A DNA stretch of 64,000 nt from Deferrisomatales bacterium (GTDB lineage Bacteria; Desulfobacterota; Deferrisomatia; Deferrisomatales; JACRMM01), in NCBI GenBank assembly GCA_033551855.1, contig JAWSUI010000014.1, forward strand, positions 1 to 64,000, in the 5' to 3' direction. Made by a program: the position numbers and the translations under genes. This document shows positions 17,896 through 28,213 of the stretch, piece by piece. The first letter of the stretch is position 1. Each line of letters begins with the position of its first letter. Below the pieces are notes generated by a model. The model worked only from the letters and a program-made list of their open reading frames with translations. It ran no database searches and was not told the origin of the DNA.

Positions 17896-19611
17896 CTACC
17901 GTGCCGCACTCGCCGCCGGCGAGAGCAGGTACTTGATATCGTCGTCCAGGAACCGGATCCCGCCCCCCACGAAGTAGTCCGCCCGGCCCTTGTTGTCGAT
18001 GAAGTCGTCCAGGCCCGCCGTGACGAAGAGATGCTTCAGGACCGTCCAGCGGGCGGCAAGCTTGAGGTGCGGCGGGCCCTCGTCCCTCGCGAAGTCGAAG
18101 GCCTCGAAGGTCAGGCGGAGCCGGTCCGAGAGCAGATCCAGGTCGGCCCCCACCCCCCCGGACGACTCCAGGATCCCGCCCCGCACCGTGAGGAGAGAGA
18201 AGCGCTTGCCCACCTGGGCCGAGAACTTGAACCGATCCCGGGTCACCGTCTCTTCCTCCCGCACCGTGCGGGTACCACCCTCGTCCGAGATCACGCGCTC
18301 GGTGACCTTGGTTTCCTCGTCCCCCCGGGGGTCGTCCACCAGGCCCACGTAATAGAAGCGGTCCGGGCGCGGCCGAATCTCGAGCCCGAAGGTGTGCTTG
18401 CCCTCCCCGAGCTTCGCGAGATACTCCCCGCTGTACCCGAGCTCGAACTGGAAGCGGTTCGTGCCGGCCACGAAGTCGGTGATCCCCTCCAGCGTCTGAT
18501 TCAGGTTGTGGTGGACGCTCTCCTCGTTGACGAGCCTTCCCAGGGTCCCCTCGCCCCGGTCGATCTTGTCCGCGATGCTGCGCAGGCTCCCCAGGCTCTC
18601 GGAGAGCTCGGAGTAGGCCGTGTCGTCCGTCAGCAACTTCCCCAGGGTCCCTTCCCCCCGCTCGAGACGGCCCAGCACGTCGCGCACGTCCCCCAGCGCG
18701 GCGTCCAGGTCCCGGTGGAGGGAGTCGTCGTGGATGAGCTTGCCGAGGGTACCTTCGGCACGGTTCAGGGAGCCCAGGGTCTGCGCGAGCTCGGCAGACG
18801 CCACGCGGAGATTCGCCACGCCGACCTGGAAATCCTCCCGGCTCTCGGACACCACCAAGGCCAGGTCCCCGGTGAGGGCCTCGAGATTTCTGGCGATTCC
18901 GGGGGTGTGCTCCGCCAGGGTCTCGGTGAGGTCCCGCACGCGCTCGAGGCTCTCGTCGATGTTCGCCCGGTTGCGAGCCACCAGGTCACGGAGGTCCCCG
19001 GACAGAGCGGCCACGGTGTCCAACGACGCCTTGAGCGCCTCCCGGTTCTCCGCCACCACCTCCCTCAGGGAGACAGCGGTGTCACGCAGGCCCTCCAAGA
19101 GGTCGCGGAAGCTGTCCTCCCCTTCCTGGGTCCCGAGCACGTTGGCCAGGCGCCCCGTCACCCGCTGGATGTCGGCGGCCGCCTCGTTGAGGTTGGTGAC
19201 GAGGCGGTCCAGATCCCCCGGGGGCGGGCCGGCCGGCAGAACCGATCCCTCCTCGAGCGCTTGCCGGCTCGTGCCGGGTTGGATCTCCACGTATTTCTCT
19301 CCGAGAACTCCCTGGGTCCGCACGTTGCCGGTGCTGTCGATCGGAAGCTCGACATCCCCTCGAAGCCGCAGCACCACCAAGGCTCGTCCGTTCCGCAGCC
19401 GGATCTCCTCGACCCGGCCCACGGGAATGCCCGCCACCAGGACTTCCCCATCCTTGGAGAGCCCGACGGCGTTGTCGAGCTCCAGGGACACCGTGTAGCC
19501 GCCTCCCGGGCCGAAGCCGATCTTTCCCACCTTGAAGGACATGTACACGAGCAGGAGCAGGCCCGCGAGAACCAACAGCCCCACCTTCGCTTCGGGTGAC
19601 ATGCGCTTCAC
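17896..19611 (-). CDS. mlaD: MlaD/MCE family protein with long helical region and C-terminal beta-rich domain
   Basis: EAKVGL transmembrane anchor, MCE motif GL...[10 protein letters not shown]...[12 protein letters not shown], and three EGTLG[KR]L repeats. Alternative start ATG at 19602. Confidence 0.88.
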   Translation of the reverse strand: MKRMSPEAKVGLLVLAGLLLLVYMSFKVGKIGFGPGGGYTVSLELDNAVGLSKDGEVLVAGIPVGRVEEIRLRNGRALVVLRLRGDVELPIDSTGNVRTQGVLGEKYVEIQPGTSRQALEEGSVLPAGPPPGDLDRLVTNLNEAAADIQRVTGRLANVLGTQEGEDSFRDLLEGLRDTAVSLREVVAENREALKASLDTVAALSGDLRDLVARNRANIDESLERVRDLTETLAEHTPGIARNLEALTGDLALVVSESREDFQVGVANLRVASAELAQTLGSLNRAEGTLGKLIHDDSLHRDLDAALGDVRDVLGRLERGEGTLGKLLTDDTAYSELSESLGSLRSIADKIDRGEGTLGRLVNEESVHHNLNQTLEGITDFVAGTNRFQFELGYSGEYLAKLGEGKHTFGLEIRPRPDRFYYVGLVDDPRGDEETKVTERVISDEGGTRTVREEETVTRDRFKFSAQVGKRFSLLTVRGGILESSGGVGADLDLLSDRLRLTFEAFDFARDEGPPHLKLAARWTVLKHLFVTAGLDDFIDNKGRADYFVGGGIRFLDDDIKYLLSPAASAAR

Positions 19612-19619
19612 GGCAGTCC

Positions 19620-20378
19620 TTACTGGATCCGGATGGGACCCTCGGAGCTCCCTTGCAGGAACTGCACCAGGTAGGGATTCCGGTTCGAGCGGATCTCGTC
19701 GGGGGTTCCGTGGGCGATGATCCGCCCCTCATAGAGCATCGCAATGTAGTGGGCGATCTGGAAGGTGGCGCGGATGTCGTGGCTGATCACCACGTACGTC
19801 CGCCCCGACTCTCGCTGGGTCTCCCGGATGAGATGGTCGATGGCATCGGCCATGATGGGGTCCAGCCCCGACGTAGGCTCGTCGAAGAGCACGATCTCGG
19901 GGTCCCGGATCAGAGCCCGGGCCAGCCCCACGCGTTTGCGCATCCCTCCCGAGAGCTCCGACGGCATCTTCTCCTCGATGCCGGGAAGCCCCACCACCCG
20001 CAGCATCTCCGCCACTCGAGCGCGGATCTCCTCCTCACCCAGCTTCGTGTGCTCCACCAAGGGGAACGCCACGTTGTCGCCCACGTTCATGGAGTCGAAC
20101 AGGGCACCTTCCTGGAAGAGCATCCCGAAGCGCTTCCGCACCCGGTTGCTCTCGCGCCTGCCGAGGCTGACGACATTCTCGCCATCGATCAGGAGCTGGC
20201 CGCGGTCGGGCCGGATCAGGCCGACGATGTGCTTGATGGTGACGCTCTTTCCACCCCCGCTCCGCCCGATGATCACCGTGATCCGCCCCCGGGGGATCTT
20301 CAGGTTGAGCCCGTCCAGAACCTTCTCGTTCCCGAAAGACTTGTGCACGTCCACGAACTCTACGATGGCCGGTTCCAT
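19620..20378 (-). CDS. mlaF: MlaF-type ABC ATP-binding protein
   Basis: GRSGGGKS, FQEGALFDS, LSGGMRKRVGLARA, DEPTSGLDP. Confidence 0.93.
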   Translation of the reverse strand: MEPAIVEFVDVHKSFGNEKVLDGLNLKIPRGRITVIIGRSGGGKSVTIKHIVGLIRPDRGQLLIDGENVVSLGRRESNRVRKRFGMLFQEGALFDSMNVGDNVAFPLVEHTKLGEEEIRARVAEMLRVVGLPGIEEKMPSELSGGMRKRVGLARALIRDPEIVLFDEPTSGLDPIMADAIDHLIRETQRESGRTYVVISHDIRATFQIAHYIAMLYEGRIIAHGTPDEIRSNRNPYLVQFLQGSSEGPIRIQ

Positions 20379-21148
20379 CAGAACATGATCGCCGTCAGGA
20401 AGTAATCGTTCACCAAGATCAGCACCGACGAGAGCACCACGGCCTCGGTGGTGGCCCGCCCCACCCCCTGGGCGCCCCCCCGCGCATTGTATCCCTTGTA
20501 ACATCCGATAGCCGCCAGGATCAGCCCAAAACAAGCGGCCTTCACCAGCCCGTTGTAGATGTCCGAGAGCTCCACGTACTTCACGGTGTTGGCGATGTAG
20601 ATCCCGGAGTTGATGCCCAACAGGTTGACCCCGACAAAGTACCCACCCAGAACGCCGACGAAGTCGCTGATCACCGTGAGCACCGGGAGCATCAGGAACG
20701 CGGCCAGGATCCTCGGGACGACCAGGTAACGCACGGGGTCCACCGCCATTACGAAGAGCCCGTCGATCTGCTCCGTGACACGCATGGTCCCGAGCTCCGC
20801 CGCCATGGCCGAGCCGGCCCGCGCCGTGACCATGAGCCCGGTGAGAACCGGCCCGAGCTCCCGGGCCATGGACAGCGCCACGGTGGTGCCCACCAGCCCT
20901 TCCGCCCCGAACTTCCGGAACCCGTAGTAACTCTGGAGGGCCAGCACCATGCCCGTGAAGGTGCCGGTAAGGATCACGACCGAGAGCGAGTGGACCCCCA
21001 CGAACTCCATCTGCCGGAAGAGGAGTCGCCACCGGACGGGTGGGGTGAAGCACGCGACGACGGTTTCGAAGAGGAACAGGAAGACCCGCCCGACCTCCTC
21101 GATCCGCACGATCACGACTCGGCCGAAGAGCTCGAGAAGTGCGATCAT
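20378..21148 (-). CDS. mlaE: MlaE-type ABC permease
   Basis: RELGPVLTGLMVTARAGSAMAAELGTMRVTEQID, GAQGVGRATT. Confidence 0.95.
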   Translation of the reverse strand: MIALLELFGRVVIVRIEEVGRVFLFLFETVVACFTPPVRWRLLFRQMEFVGVHSLSVVILTGTFTGMVLALQSYYGFRKFGAEGLVGTTVALSMARELGPVLTGLMVTARAGSAMAAELGTMRVTEQIDGLFVMAVDPVRYLVVPRILAAFLMLPVLTVISDFVGVLGGYFVGVNLLGINSGIYIANTVKYVELSDIYNGLVKAACFGLILAAIGCYKGYNARGGAQGVGRATTEAVVLSSVLILVNDYFLTAIMF

Positions 21149-21657
21149 TCCTTCCCTGCCGGCGAGCCGGCGCGGTGACGGTGCGCAGCGCAGTCGGGCG
21201 GTCCTCCGGGGCGAACGCCGCTCCCCGTCCAATCCGGCGCGACCGGCGTCCACAGAGAACCGTAGGGTTCGCGCGGGTCGATCATAGTCAAGCCCTACGG
21301 GAGGATTCAAGGCGAAACCGCCCACCGGCCTGCCCCATCAACGCCGCACCCCCGACCGCCGGGACGCCGGCGGACCTGGCGTCACCGACTCCTTTCGGCT
21401 CCACCTTGGCGTGTCTCGGCCCTGGCGGCGCGACCGAGAATGGAGCTCACCCGGGCGGGAACCGAGTCCTCGGGCACCGGGATGACCGGGTGGACCCGAC
21501 CGGATCGGCGGACGCCCGGGGAATACCCGTCCGGCCGCGGGAGGCCCTGCGGCAGGCGACCGCGCTTCCCCCTTGCGGCCCCACATCGCAGATCGCAGTG
21601 GGCAGGGCCACTCGGCCGCAGAGAGAACAAGGGGAAGAACGGCACCGGAAGCGGTGC

Positions 21658-22899
21658 TCAGCGTTCCTCGCGCACGATCCCGCGCAGGCGGTCCTTGATC
21701 TGGCGGAACTCCCCCACCTCGATCGGGATGGCCACCTTCAGGAGCAGCGTGTAGATCATCAGGCCGACAGCCCAGATCCCCAAGGTGATCAGGACCTCCG
21801 GGGTCGTGGGCCAGTAAGTCCAGATCTCCCCCAGGGGAGACGGCACGAAGCCCGGGATGATGAGGCCCGGCCCCTTCTCGATCCACACGCCGATGAAGGT
21901 CAGGACGCAGGCGATGTTCAGTGTGACGAAGTTCTCCCGGGTCTTCGGGATTAGGAACAGGAAGAAGGCGGTCACGTTGAATACGATCGCCGTCCAGATG
22001 ATGGGCACCAGCTCGTTGTGGCCGTGCAGCCCTTGGAACAGGTACTGCATCGGGGCGAGATGCACCGTCCCGCCGTAGTACTCCTTGAAGAGCTCCGCGA
22101 TCAGGAGGAAGAGGTTGATCCCCATGGCGTACGCCACGATCTCGCCCAACTTGAAGATGGCACGATCCTGAATCCGGATGGCGGAGTTCCTCCGGATGAT
22201 CTGGAAGGCTAGAATGATGAAACTCGGTCCGGAACAAAATGCCGAGGCCAGGAAGCGGGGCGCCAGGATCGACACGTTCCAGAAGGGACGACTCGGGAAG
22301 CCATTGTAGAGAAAAGCAGTGACCGTGTGGATGGAAACGGCCGCCGGGATGGAAAGGATAATGAGCGGCCACAGTATCTTGTAGTTCGGCTCACGGTCCT
22401 GGTAGGCATTGTAGAGGATGTAGACAGGAACAATAAGGTTGATGGCGAGGTAGAGATTCAAGACCACGACGTCCCAGGCCAGCATCGAAATGGGAAAGTT
22501 CAGAATGCCCCAGCCCGGGATCAAGTGCCAGAAGCGGTCCGGGCGGCCCAGGTCGAAGGTGACGAACATGAGGCACATGCTGATGGCGGCCACCGCCAGG
22601 AGCTCGCCGAGGAGCACGATCTCCTTGATCGGGCCCCACTTGTAGATGTAGGCCGGAATCACGAGGAGGACCGCGGCCGCAGCCACACCCACCAGGAAGG
22701 TGAAGTTCGCGATATAGAGCCCCCAGCTGACGGGGTCCCGCATGCCGGTGACGATCAGCCCTCGGTCGAGCTGGTACATCCAGGCGCCGACCCCGATCAG
22801 GGCCACCAGCGCCAGAAAACCCATCCAGAGGAAATACTTCCTGCCGCCCCGGAACACCAGAAGCAAGGTCCCGACGAAGAACTCCATCAGAGTGTTCAT
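21658..22899 (-). CDS. NrfD/PsrC/DsrP-family membrane anchor
   Basis: TGMRDPVSWGLYIANFTFLVGVAA, DLGRPDRFWH, SIHTVTAFLY; about 10 transmembrane segments. Confidence 0.92.
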   Translation of the reverse strand: MNTLMEFFVGTLLLVFRGGRKYFLWMGFLALVALIGVGAWMYQLDRGLIVTGMRDPVSWGLYIANFTFLVGVAAAAVLLVIPAYIYKWGPIKEIVLLGELLAVAAISMCLMFVTFDLGRPDRFWHLIPGWGILNFPISMLAWDVVVLNLYLAINLIVPVYILYNAYQDREPNYKILWPLIILSIPAAVSIHTVTAFLYNGFPSRPFWNVSILAPRFLASAFCSGPSFIILAFQIIRRNSAIRIQDRAIFKLGEIVAYAMGINLFLLIAELFKEYYGGTVHLAPMQYLFQGLHGHNELVPIIWTAIVFNVTAFFLFLIPKTRENFVTLNIACVLTFIGVWIEKGPGLIIPGFVPSPLGEIWTYWPTTPEVLITLGIWAVGLMIYTLLLKVAIPIEVGEFRQIKDRLRGIVREER

Positions 22900-22910
22900 T
22901 GCATCCGCCT

Positions 22911-23858
22911 CTAACCGAAGAAGTAGAAGAACTTGGGTTCCGTGAGAAGGTCTTCCTTGATCCGGAACACTCGCTTGTTCTCCAGGATGTAGCGGATCTC
23001 GGACTTCGGATCGAGGAGGTTCCCGAACTTGCGGGCCCCCACCGGGCAGGCCTCGACGCACGCCGGGTAGCGCCCCTCCCGGCTGCGGTGGATGCAGAAG
23101 GTGCACTTCTCCACCACCCCCCGCATGCGCGGACGGTTGCCCAGGTAGTGGGTGTCGGGGTTCAGCTCCCCAGGGGAGAGGATCGGGTCCATCCAGTTGA
23201 AGTTGCGCCCCTCGTAAGGGCAGGCCGCGACGCAGTATCGGCAGCCGATGCACCAGTTGTAGTCGACGACCACGATGCCGTCGGGTTCGGTCCACGTAGC
23301 CTTCACCGGGCAAGCCTTCACGCAGGGGGCCCGTCGGCACTGCTGGCACTGGACCGGCATGTAGTAGTATCCGTCCTCGGGAACGGCCTCCGGGTCGTAG
23401 TACCGCTCGGACCGCTCGAAGTCCATCACGCCGTCCTCGAAGCGCAACACTCTGATGTAGTGGATCTGCTCGCCTTGTTGGGGAAGGTTGTTCTCGCGGA
23501 CGCACCCGTACACGCACCGGCGGCACCCGACGCAGAGGTTCAGGTCGAGGCCATACGCGAAGCCGACATTGTCCCGGGCGGGCGTGCCCTTCACCGTTAC
23601 CGGCCGGCCATACTGGTCGCTATACTGTTCCTCCAGTCGCCTCAGGACCTCCTGTTTCTCGTCGTCGGTCATGACGAGATAGTTCTTCTGGAAGTACTCC
23701 GACCAGGAGGAGTACCCCAGAAACCCCCTCCTGCTCTGAGCCAGAGCCTTCCCCGGAAGGGTCGCCGCGACCGCCCCCGCCGCCAGGCCCCGCAGAAACT
23801 TCCGCCGGCTCGCCCGCCGGGGCTCCAGCGTCTTCACCCGTCTCTTCTGCTCAGACAT
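22911..23858 (-). CDS. Tat-exported 4Fe-4S dicluster protein (NrfC/DsrO-like)
   Basis: SRRKFL Tat motif; CVGCRRCVYGC, CQQCRRAPCVKACP, CIGCRYCVAACP, KCTFC...PACVEACP. Confidence 0.92.
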   Translation of the reverse strand: MSEQKRRVKTLEPRRASRRKFLRGLAAGAVAATLPGKALAQSRRGFLGYSSWSEYFQKNYLVMTDDEKQEVLRRLEEQYSDQYGRPVTVKGTPARDNVGFAYGLDLNLCVGCRRCVYGCVRENNLPQQGEQIHYIRVLRFEDGVMDFERSERYYDPEAVPEDGYYYMPVQCQQCRRAPCVKACPVKATWTEPDGIVVVDYNWCIGCRYCVAACPYEGRNFNWMDPILSPGELNPDTHYLGNRPRMRGVVEKCTFCIHRSREGRYPACVEACPVGARKFGNLLDPKSEIRYILENKRVFRIKEDLLTEPKFFYFFG

Positions 23859-23909
23859 CGATCGTCTCTCCTCGCGTCGGCCCTCGGGCCCATCCTCGCG
23901 GGCGTCGTC

Positions 23910-24476
23910 TCATTGGGGTGTCGGGGCTTTGGCTCCCCGACGGGACGGCAGCGTCCTGGACCCGGGGACCTGGGGAGGCGGCTCCGGCTGCCGGTCGGCG
24001 GTGGCGGTCCAGTTCGTGGGGTCTGCGCGGAGCACGTAACGGGGATCGTGGGGATCGTGGCAGTGGGCGCACAGGAGATATTCCTTCCGCCCGTCCCAAA
24101 ACCCGCTGCGCTTGCCGTGGATGCCCGCCCGCCAGTCCCGGTACTTGTCGCCGTGGCACTGGCCGCAGAGCCGGTAGGACTCGGCAAAGTCGAGCTTCTC
24201 CCCGCTCTGCAGGTGGAGCTTGTCCCGGTTTTCCGCATCGTGGCAGTCGAGGCACCACCGGAACTGCTCGGCGTGGTGGAGCTCAACCTCACCGTGCTCG
24301 TCCTGGAGCTCCCGAGGGGTGGGATCGGTGGGGATATCCGCGTGGCACTGCATGCAGGGGTAATAGTCCTCGCTCAGCGGGGGAGGCGGCACCGGAAACT
24401 CCTGGGCTCCCTGGGCGTGCGGCTGCCACGCGAGCAAACACACGGGAACGACGGCGAGAACCCAGGCTCGTCTCAT
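23910..24476 (-). CDS. Periplasmic tetraheme cytochrome c
   Basis: Signal peptide plus CMQCH, CLDCH, CGQCH, CAHCH. Confidence 0.88.
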   Translation of the reverse strand: MRRAWVLAVVPVCLLAWQPHAQGAQEFPVPPPPLSEDYYPCMQCHADIPTDPTPRELQDEHGEVELHHAEQFRWCLDCHDAENRDKLHLQSGEKLDFAESYRLCGQCHGDKYRDWRAGIHGKRSGFWDGRKEYLLCAHCHDPHDPRYVLRADPTNWTATADRQPEPPPQVPGSRTLPSRRGAKAPTPQ

Positions 24477-24610
24477 GAGCTGTCTTCCTCCTCGGCTGCC
24501 GGAATCGGGATGTGCTCGAGCATTGCGGCGGCGGGCTGTCGCGGGACGGTCAGAAACCGGCGTTTTGCGCGCGCACGGACCCCGCCGCCCCGGTGCGGTT
24601 GAAGGGCGGG

Positions 24611-24639
24611 ATCTTAGGAGAGGCCCCCATCCCTGTCAA
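24611..24639 (-). promoter_or_regulatory. Sigma70-type promoter of the cytochrome c/Fe-S/NrfD operon
   Basis: Minus strand TTGACA-17 bp-TAAGAT. Confidence 0.7.
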
Positions 24640-24798
24640 GACGTTTCAAGGCGCCGAGAAGCCGCCGGTGAGGGGCTTCCTACCCGATTCCCCCGCCACG
24701 CTGCCGGATCCTCCCCGCGGGGTATCCCACGCTCCCCGGCCCCGGCCCGGAACGTTTCACCGTGTTCCGTTCGTTGCAGGCAAAGGGGACCCGCCCCC

Positions 24799-26604
24799 TC
24801 ACTCCCGGCTCTTCTTGGGCCTCTGGTTCGCGGCGAGAACCCGTTTGCGCACGCGGATCTGGGTGGGGGTCACTTCCACCAGCTCGTCCCGATCGATCCA
24901 CTCCAGGGCGTGCTCGAGGGTCATCTCCCGCGGCGGGATCAAGCGCAGGGCTTCGTCGGCGCCCGCGGCGCGCATGTTGGTGAGCTTCTTTTCACGGGTG
25001 ACGTTGACGTCGAGGTCGCTGTCGCGGCTGTTCTCGCCGACGATCATCCCCTCGTAGGCCTCCACGCCGGGACCGGCGAAGAGGGTTCCACGGGGCTGGA
25101 GGTGGAACAGCGCGTAGGTTGTCGTCCTGCCGGCGCGGTCGGCGACGAGCGCGCCCGTGGTCCGTCCGGGAACCGCGCCCTGCCAGGGTTCGTATCCGTC
25201 GAACAGATGGTTCAGGATACCGGTGCCGCGAGTGTCGGTGAGGAACTCCGACCGGAAGCCGATCAGCCCCCGGGAAGGGATGCGAAACTCCATGCGGACG
25301 CGGCCGTGCCCCGGGTTGGTCATCTTGAGCATGCGGCCCCGTCGCGTCCCCAGCTTCTGGGTCACGACCCCCACGAACTCGTCGGGGCAATCCACCACCA
25401 CCAGCTCCATGGGCTCGTGGACCGCCCCTCCCACCTCCCTCGTCAGGATCTCGGGCTTCGACACACTGAGCTCGTATCCCTCACGCCGCATGGTCTCGAT
25501 GAGAACGGCCAGCTGCAGCTCCCCGCGCCCCATCACCTGGAACGCGTCCGGCTGGGAGAGATCGAGCCGGATCCCCACATTGTGCAGCGCCTCCTTCTCC
25601 AGGCGGGCCCGGATCTGGCGGGAGGTGACGTAGTCGCCTTCGTGGCCGCCGAAGGGGGAGCTGTTCACCGAAAAGACCATGGCGAGGGTGGGCTCGTCCA
25701 CCACGATGCGGCGCATGGCGGCGGGGCGCTCCAGGTCCACGAGAGTGTCACCGATGGCGACGTCCTCGAGCCCCGCCACCGCGACGATGTCCCCCGCCAT
25801 GGCCTCGGCCGTCTCGACCCGCTTGAGCCCTTCGTGAGTGTAGACCCCGCTCACCTTCACCGGCACGACGCCGTCCCGCGTCGCGAGCCCCAGACCGCCC
25901 CCCAATCGGAGTCGCCCGTTGAAGATCCGCCCCACGGCCAATCGCCCCAGGTAGTCGCTGTAGTCCAGGTTGGTGACGAGGAACTGCAGGGGCTCGGCCG
26001 AATCCCCCCGGGGCGGTGGCAGGGTCCTGACGATCTCATCGAAGAGCGGGCGCAGGTCCTGGGAGCCATCCTCCGGCGAGCGCCGGGCGATCCCTTTGCG
26101 CGCATCCGTGTAAAACACCGGGAAGTCGAGCTGCTCCTCCGTGGCATCCAGGTCGATGAACAGATCGTAGACCTCGTTGAGGACCTCCCCCGGCCGGGCA
26201 TCGGCGCGGTCGATCTTGTTGATGACCACGATCGGCGCCAGGCCCACCTCAAGCGCCTTCCGCAGCACGAAGCGCGTCTGGGGCAGCGGCCCCTCGGCCG
26301 CATCGACCAAGAGCAGCACGCCGTCCACCATCCGCAGGGTTCGCTCCACCTCCCCCCCGAAGTCGGCATGGCCGGGCGTGTCCACGATGTTGATCTTCAC
26401 CCCTTCGTAACGCACTGCTGTGTTCTTCGCCAGGATCGTGATGCCCCTCTCGCGCTCCAGGACGTTGGAGTCCATGACCCGTTCCTGCACCCTCTGGTTG
26501 TCCCGAAACGTGCCGCTCTGCCAGAGCATGGCGTCCACCAGGGTCGTCTTGCCGTGGTCCACGTGGGCGATGATGGCGATGTTCCGGAAGGGAAGCCCGG
26601 TCAT
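24799..26604 (-). CDS. typA: Translational GTPase TypA/BipA
   Basis: [47 protein letters not shown]. Confidence 0.97.
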   Translation of the reverse strand: MTGLPFRNIAIIAHVDHGKTTLVDAMLWQSGTFRDNQRVQERVMDSNVLERERGITILAKNTAVRYEGVKINIVDTPGHADFGGEVERTLRMVDGVLLLVDAAEGPLPQTRFVLRKALEVGLAPIVVINKIDRADARPGEVLNEVYDLFIDLDATEEQLDFPVFYTDARKGIARRSPEDGSQDLRPLFDEIVRTLPPPRGDSAEPLQFLVTNLDYSDYLGRLAVGRIFNGRLRLGGGLGLATRDGVVPVKVSGVYTHEGLKRVETAEAMAGDIVAVAGLEDVAIGDTLVDLERPAAMRRIVVDEPTLAMVFSVNSSPFGGHEGDYVTSRQIRARLEKEALHNVGIRLDLSQPDAFQVMGRGELQLAVLIETMRREGYELSVSKPEILTREVGGAVHEPMELVVVDCPDEFVGVVTQKLGTRRGRMLKMTNPGHGRVRMEFRIPSRGLIGFRSEFLTDTRGTGILNHLFDGYEPWQGAVPGRTTGALVADRAGRTTTYALFHLQPRGTLFAGPGVEAYEGMIVGENSRDSDLDVNVTREKKLTNMRAAGADEALRLIPPREMTLEHALEWIDRDELVEVTPTQIRVRKRVLAANQRPKKSRE

Positions 26605-26632
26605 GGAATACCTCTGCAGAGCGGAGAAAAGC

Positions 26633-26841
26633 GGATCATCCGGGAAATGGCCGGGACCTCGTGTCCAGGGACGATCGGGTGGGCCCGACCACGTAGGCGG
26701 ACGGCCGCTCGACGGGAGCAGCCGCTTCGGGAGCCGCGATGCCGCGAGGATTCCGGACGCGGCGGGGAAGAACACCTACCGTGCCGTCCGGCCTCGTCTG
26801 CCGGAGGGGGCGGGCCCACCCGGTCGTTTACCGGAAGAAAC
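26633..26841. mobile_element. 209-bp MITE-like element, copy A
   Basis: About 90% identical to 29968-30176. Imperfect terminal inverted repeats. Flanked by an exact 8-bp direct repeat AGAAAAGC (26625-26632 and 26842-26849). Confidence 0.75.
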
Positions 26842-27077
26842 AGAAAAGCTGGTCCTTATATCACTGCCGAGTCGCCCGACACAAAGAGTTTCCACCCCCC
26901 GCATCCACCGCTTGGAGCGCGAACGGGGTCCGGCGGGCCCCCCACGAACGTCTGGCCGTGAGCCTCGGGGGTCGAGTAGCGCCCACCCGATGCCCGCGAA
27001 AGAGGGGGCCGGCCGGGCGAGCGCTGCAGGGAACGGCCGCACCCTGCGGCACCGCATCATCGTCCCCGGGGTCTCCC

Positions 27078-27971
27078 TCAGAGCAAGAAGCTCAACACCG
27101 CCGACAGGGACAGGGCCGAGCCCAGGGTCGAAACGAAGATGCAGGAGGCCAACCAGCGCGGATGGCACTCGAATCGGAGGGCATAGAGGAGGACGAGCAC
27201 GGCCGAGGGCGTGGAGGTCTGCAGGACCAAGACGCTGCGCTCGAGCCCGTCGAACCCCAGCAGCGTGGAGAGCCCCCAAGCTAGGACGGGGCTGAGAAGG
27301 AGGCGTAGGCCCACGGCTGCCAGGAGGCTCGGCCCGAAGCTCTCGATGCGGGTGCGCTCCAATTGCATACCGAGGATCACCAGCAAAACCGGGATCGCCC
27401 CCTGGGCCAGGAGCCCGACCCCCTTGGCGATGGGACTCGGGACGTTCCACCCCAGCGCGCCCAGCGCGAAAGCGAGGATCGTCGCGTGGAAGATGGGGAT
27501 CCGCAGGGTGGCACCCAGGCCCCTCAGGCTGGAGAAGGTTCCGCCGGCGGCCAGCCAGATGGCCCAGGTGGTGAGGGGGATGTTGAAGATGACGAAGACG
27601 AGGACCGAGAACGGCTCGGCTTCCGCGCCGAACGCGAATCGCACCAGGGGGAGGCCGTAGTTCCCCACGTTCATGGGTACCGTCGCCAGGGCGAAGGCAC
27701 GGCGCATGCCGCCCGTGAGTCCCAAGCACCGCGCCACCCCCTCGGCGATCACCCAGAAGAGACCCGTGTACAGTCCCATCAAGGCGAGCAGCCGGCCCAC
27801 TTCTGCGGCCGAGACCGGGTTGCTCAGCAGGGCGTGGAACACCAGGGCCGGCGCGGCCAGAAAGAGCGCGAACTGGCTCAGGGGCTCCAAGGCCGGCCGC
27901 AGGGTGCGGGAAAAGACGGCTCCTGCACCCACCAGCACGAAGATCGGCAGCAAAATGTCGAGGAAGACCAA
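27078..27971 (-). CDS. AEC (auxin efflux carrier / malate permease) family transporter
   Basis: LLPIFVLVGAG, PALVF, NVGNYGLP, AIPVLLVILGMQL, LQTSTPSAV. TTG start after AGGAGG. Confidence 0.9.
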   Translation of the reverse strand: MVFLDILLPIFVLVGAGAVFSRTLRPALEPLSQFALFLAAPALVFHALLSNPVSAAEVGRLLALMGLYTGLFWVIAEGVARCLGLTGGMRRAFALATVPMNVGNYGLPLVRFAFGAEAEPFSVLVFVIFNIPLTTWAIWLAAGGTFSSLRGLGATLRIPIFHATILAFALGALGWNVPSPIAKGVGLLAQGAIPVLLVILGMQLERTRIESFGPSLLAAVGLRLLLSPVLAWGLSTLLGFDGLERSVLVLQTSTPSAVLVLLYALRFECHPRWLASCIFVSTLGSALSLSAVLSFLL

Positions 27972-28213
27972 GACGACCTCCTGACCGGCTTGTCCCCACG
28001 GGTCGGATGACGGATGGTCGGGGTCCCGGAACGGCCCGCGAGCAGGTCGGGCTCGCACGGACGCACGGGTGCACGGCCGCTCGCCTCCGCGACGCGAAGG
28101 ATTCGCTCTTTCGGGCCCGCCCACCCGCTGCACCCGGATCGCCGCCAAGGCCCACGGGATCTCCCGTACCGGCCCCCTGTGATACAAATGAGCTCGTGAC
28201 GGAGCACCGGAGA

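Noticed and set aside
23851..24258. Frameshifted C-terminus of the tetraheme cytochrome, since an alternate frame ends at the next start codon
   Set aside because: The main frame holds all four heme motifs and a plausible Pro-rich tail; no slippery site was seen.
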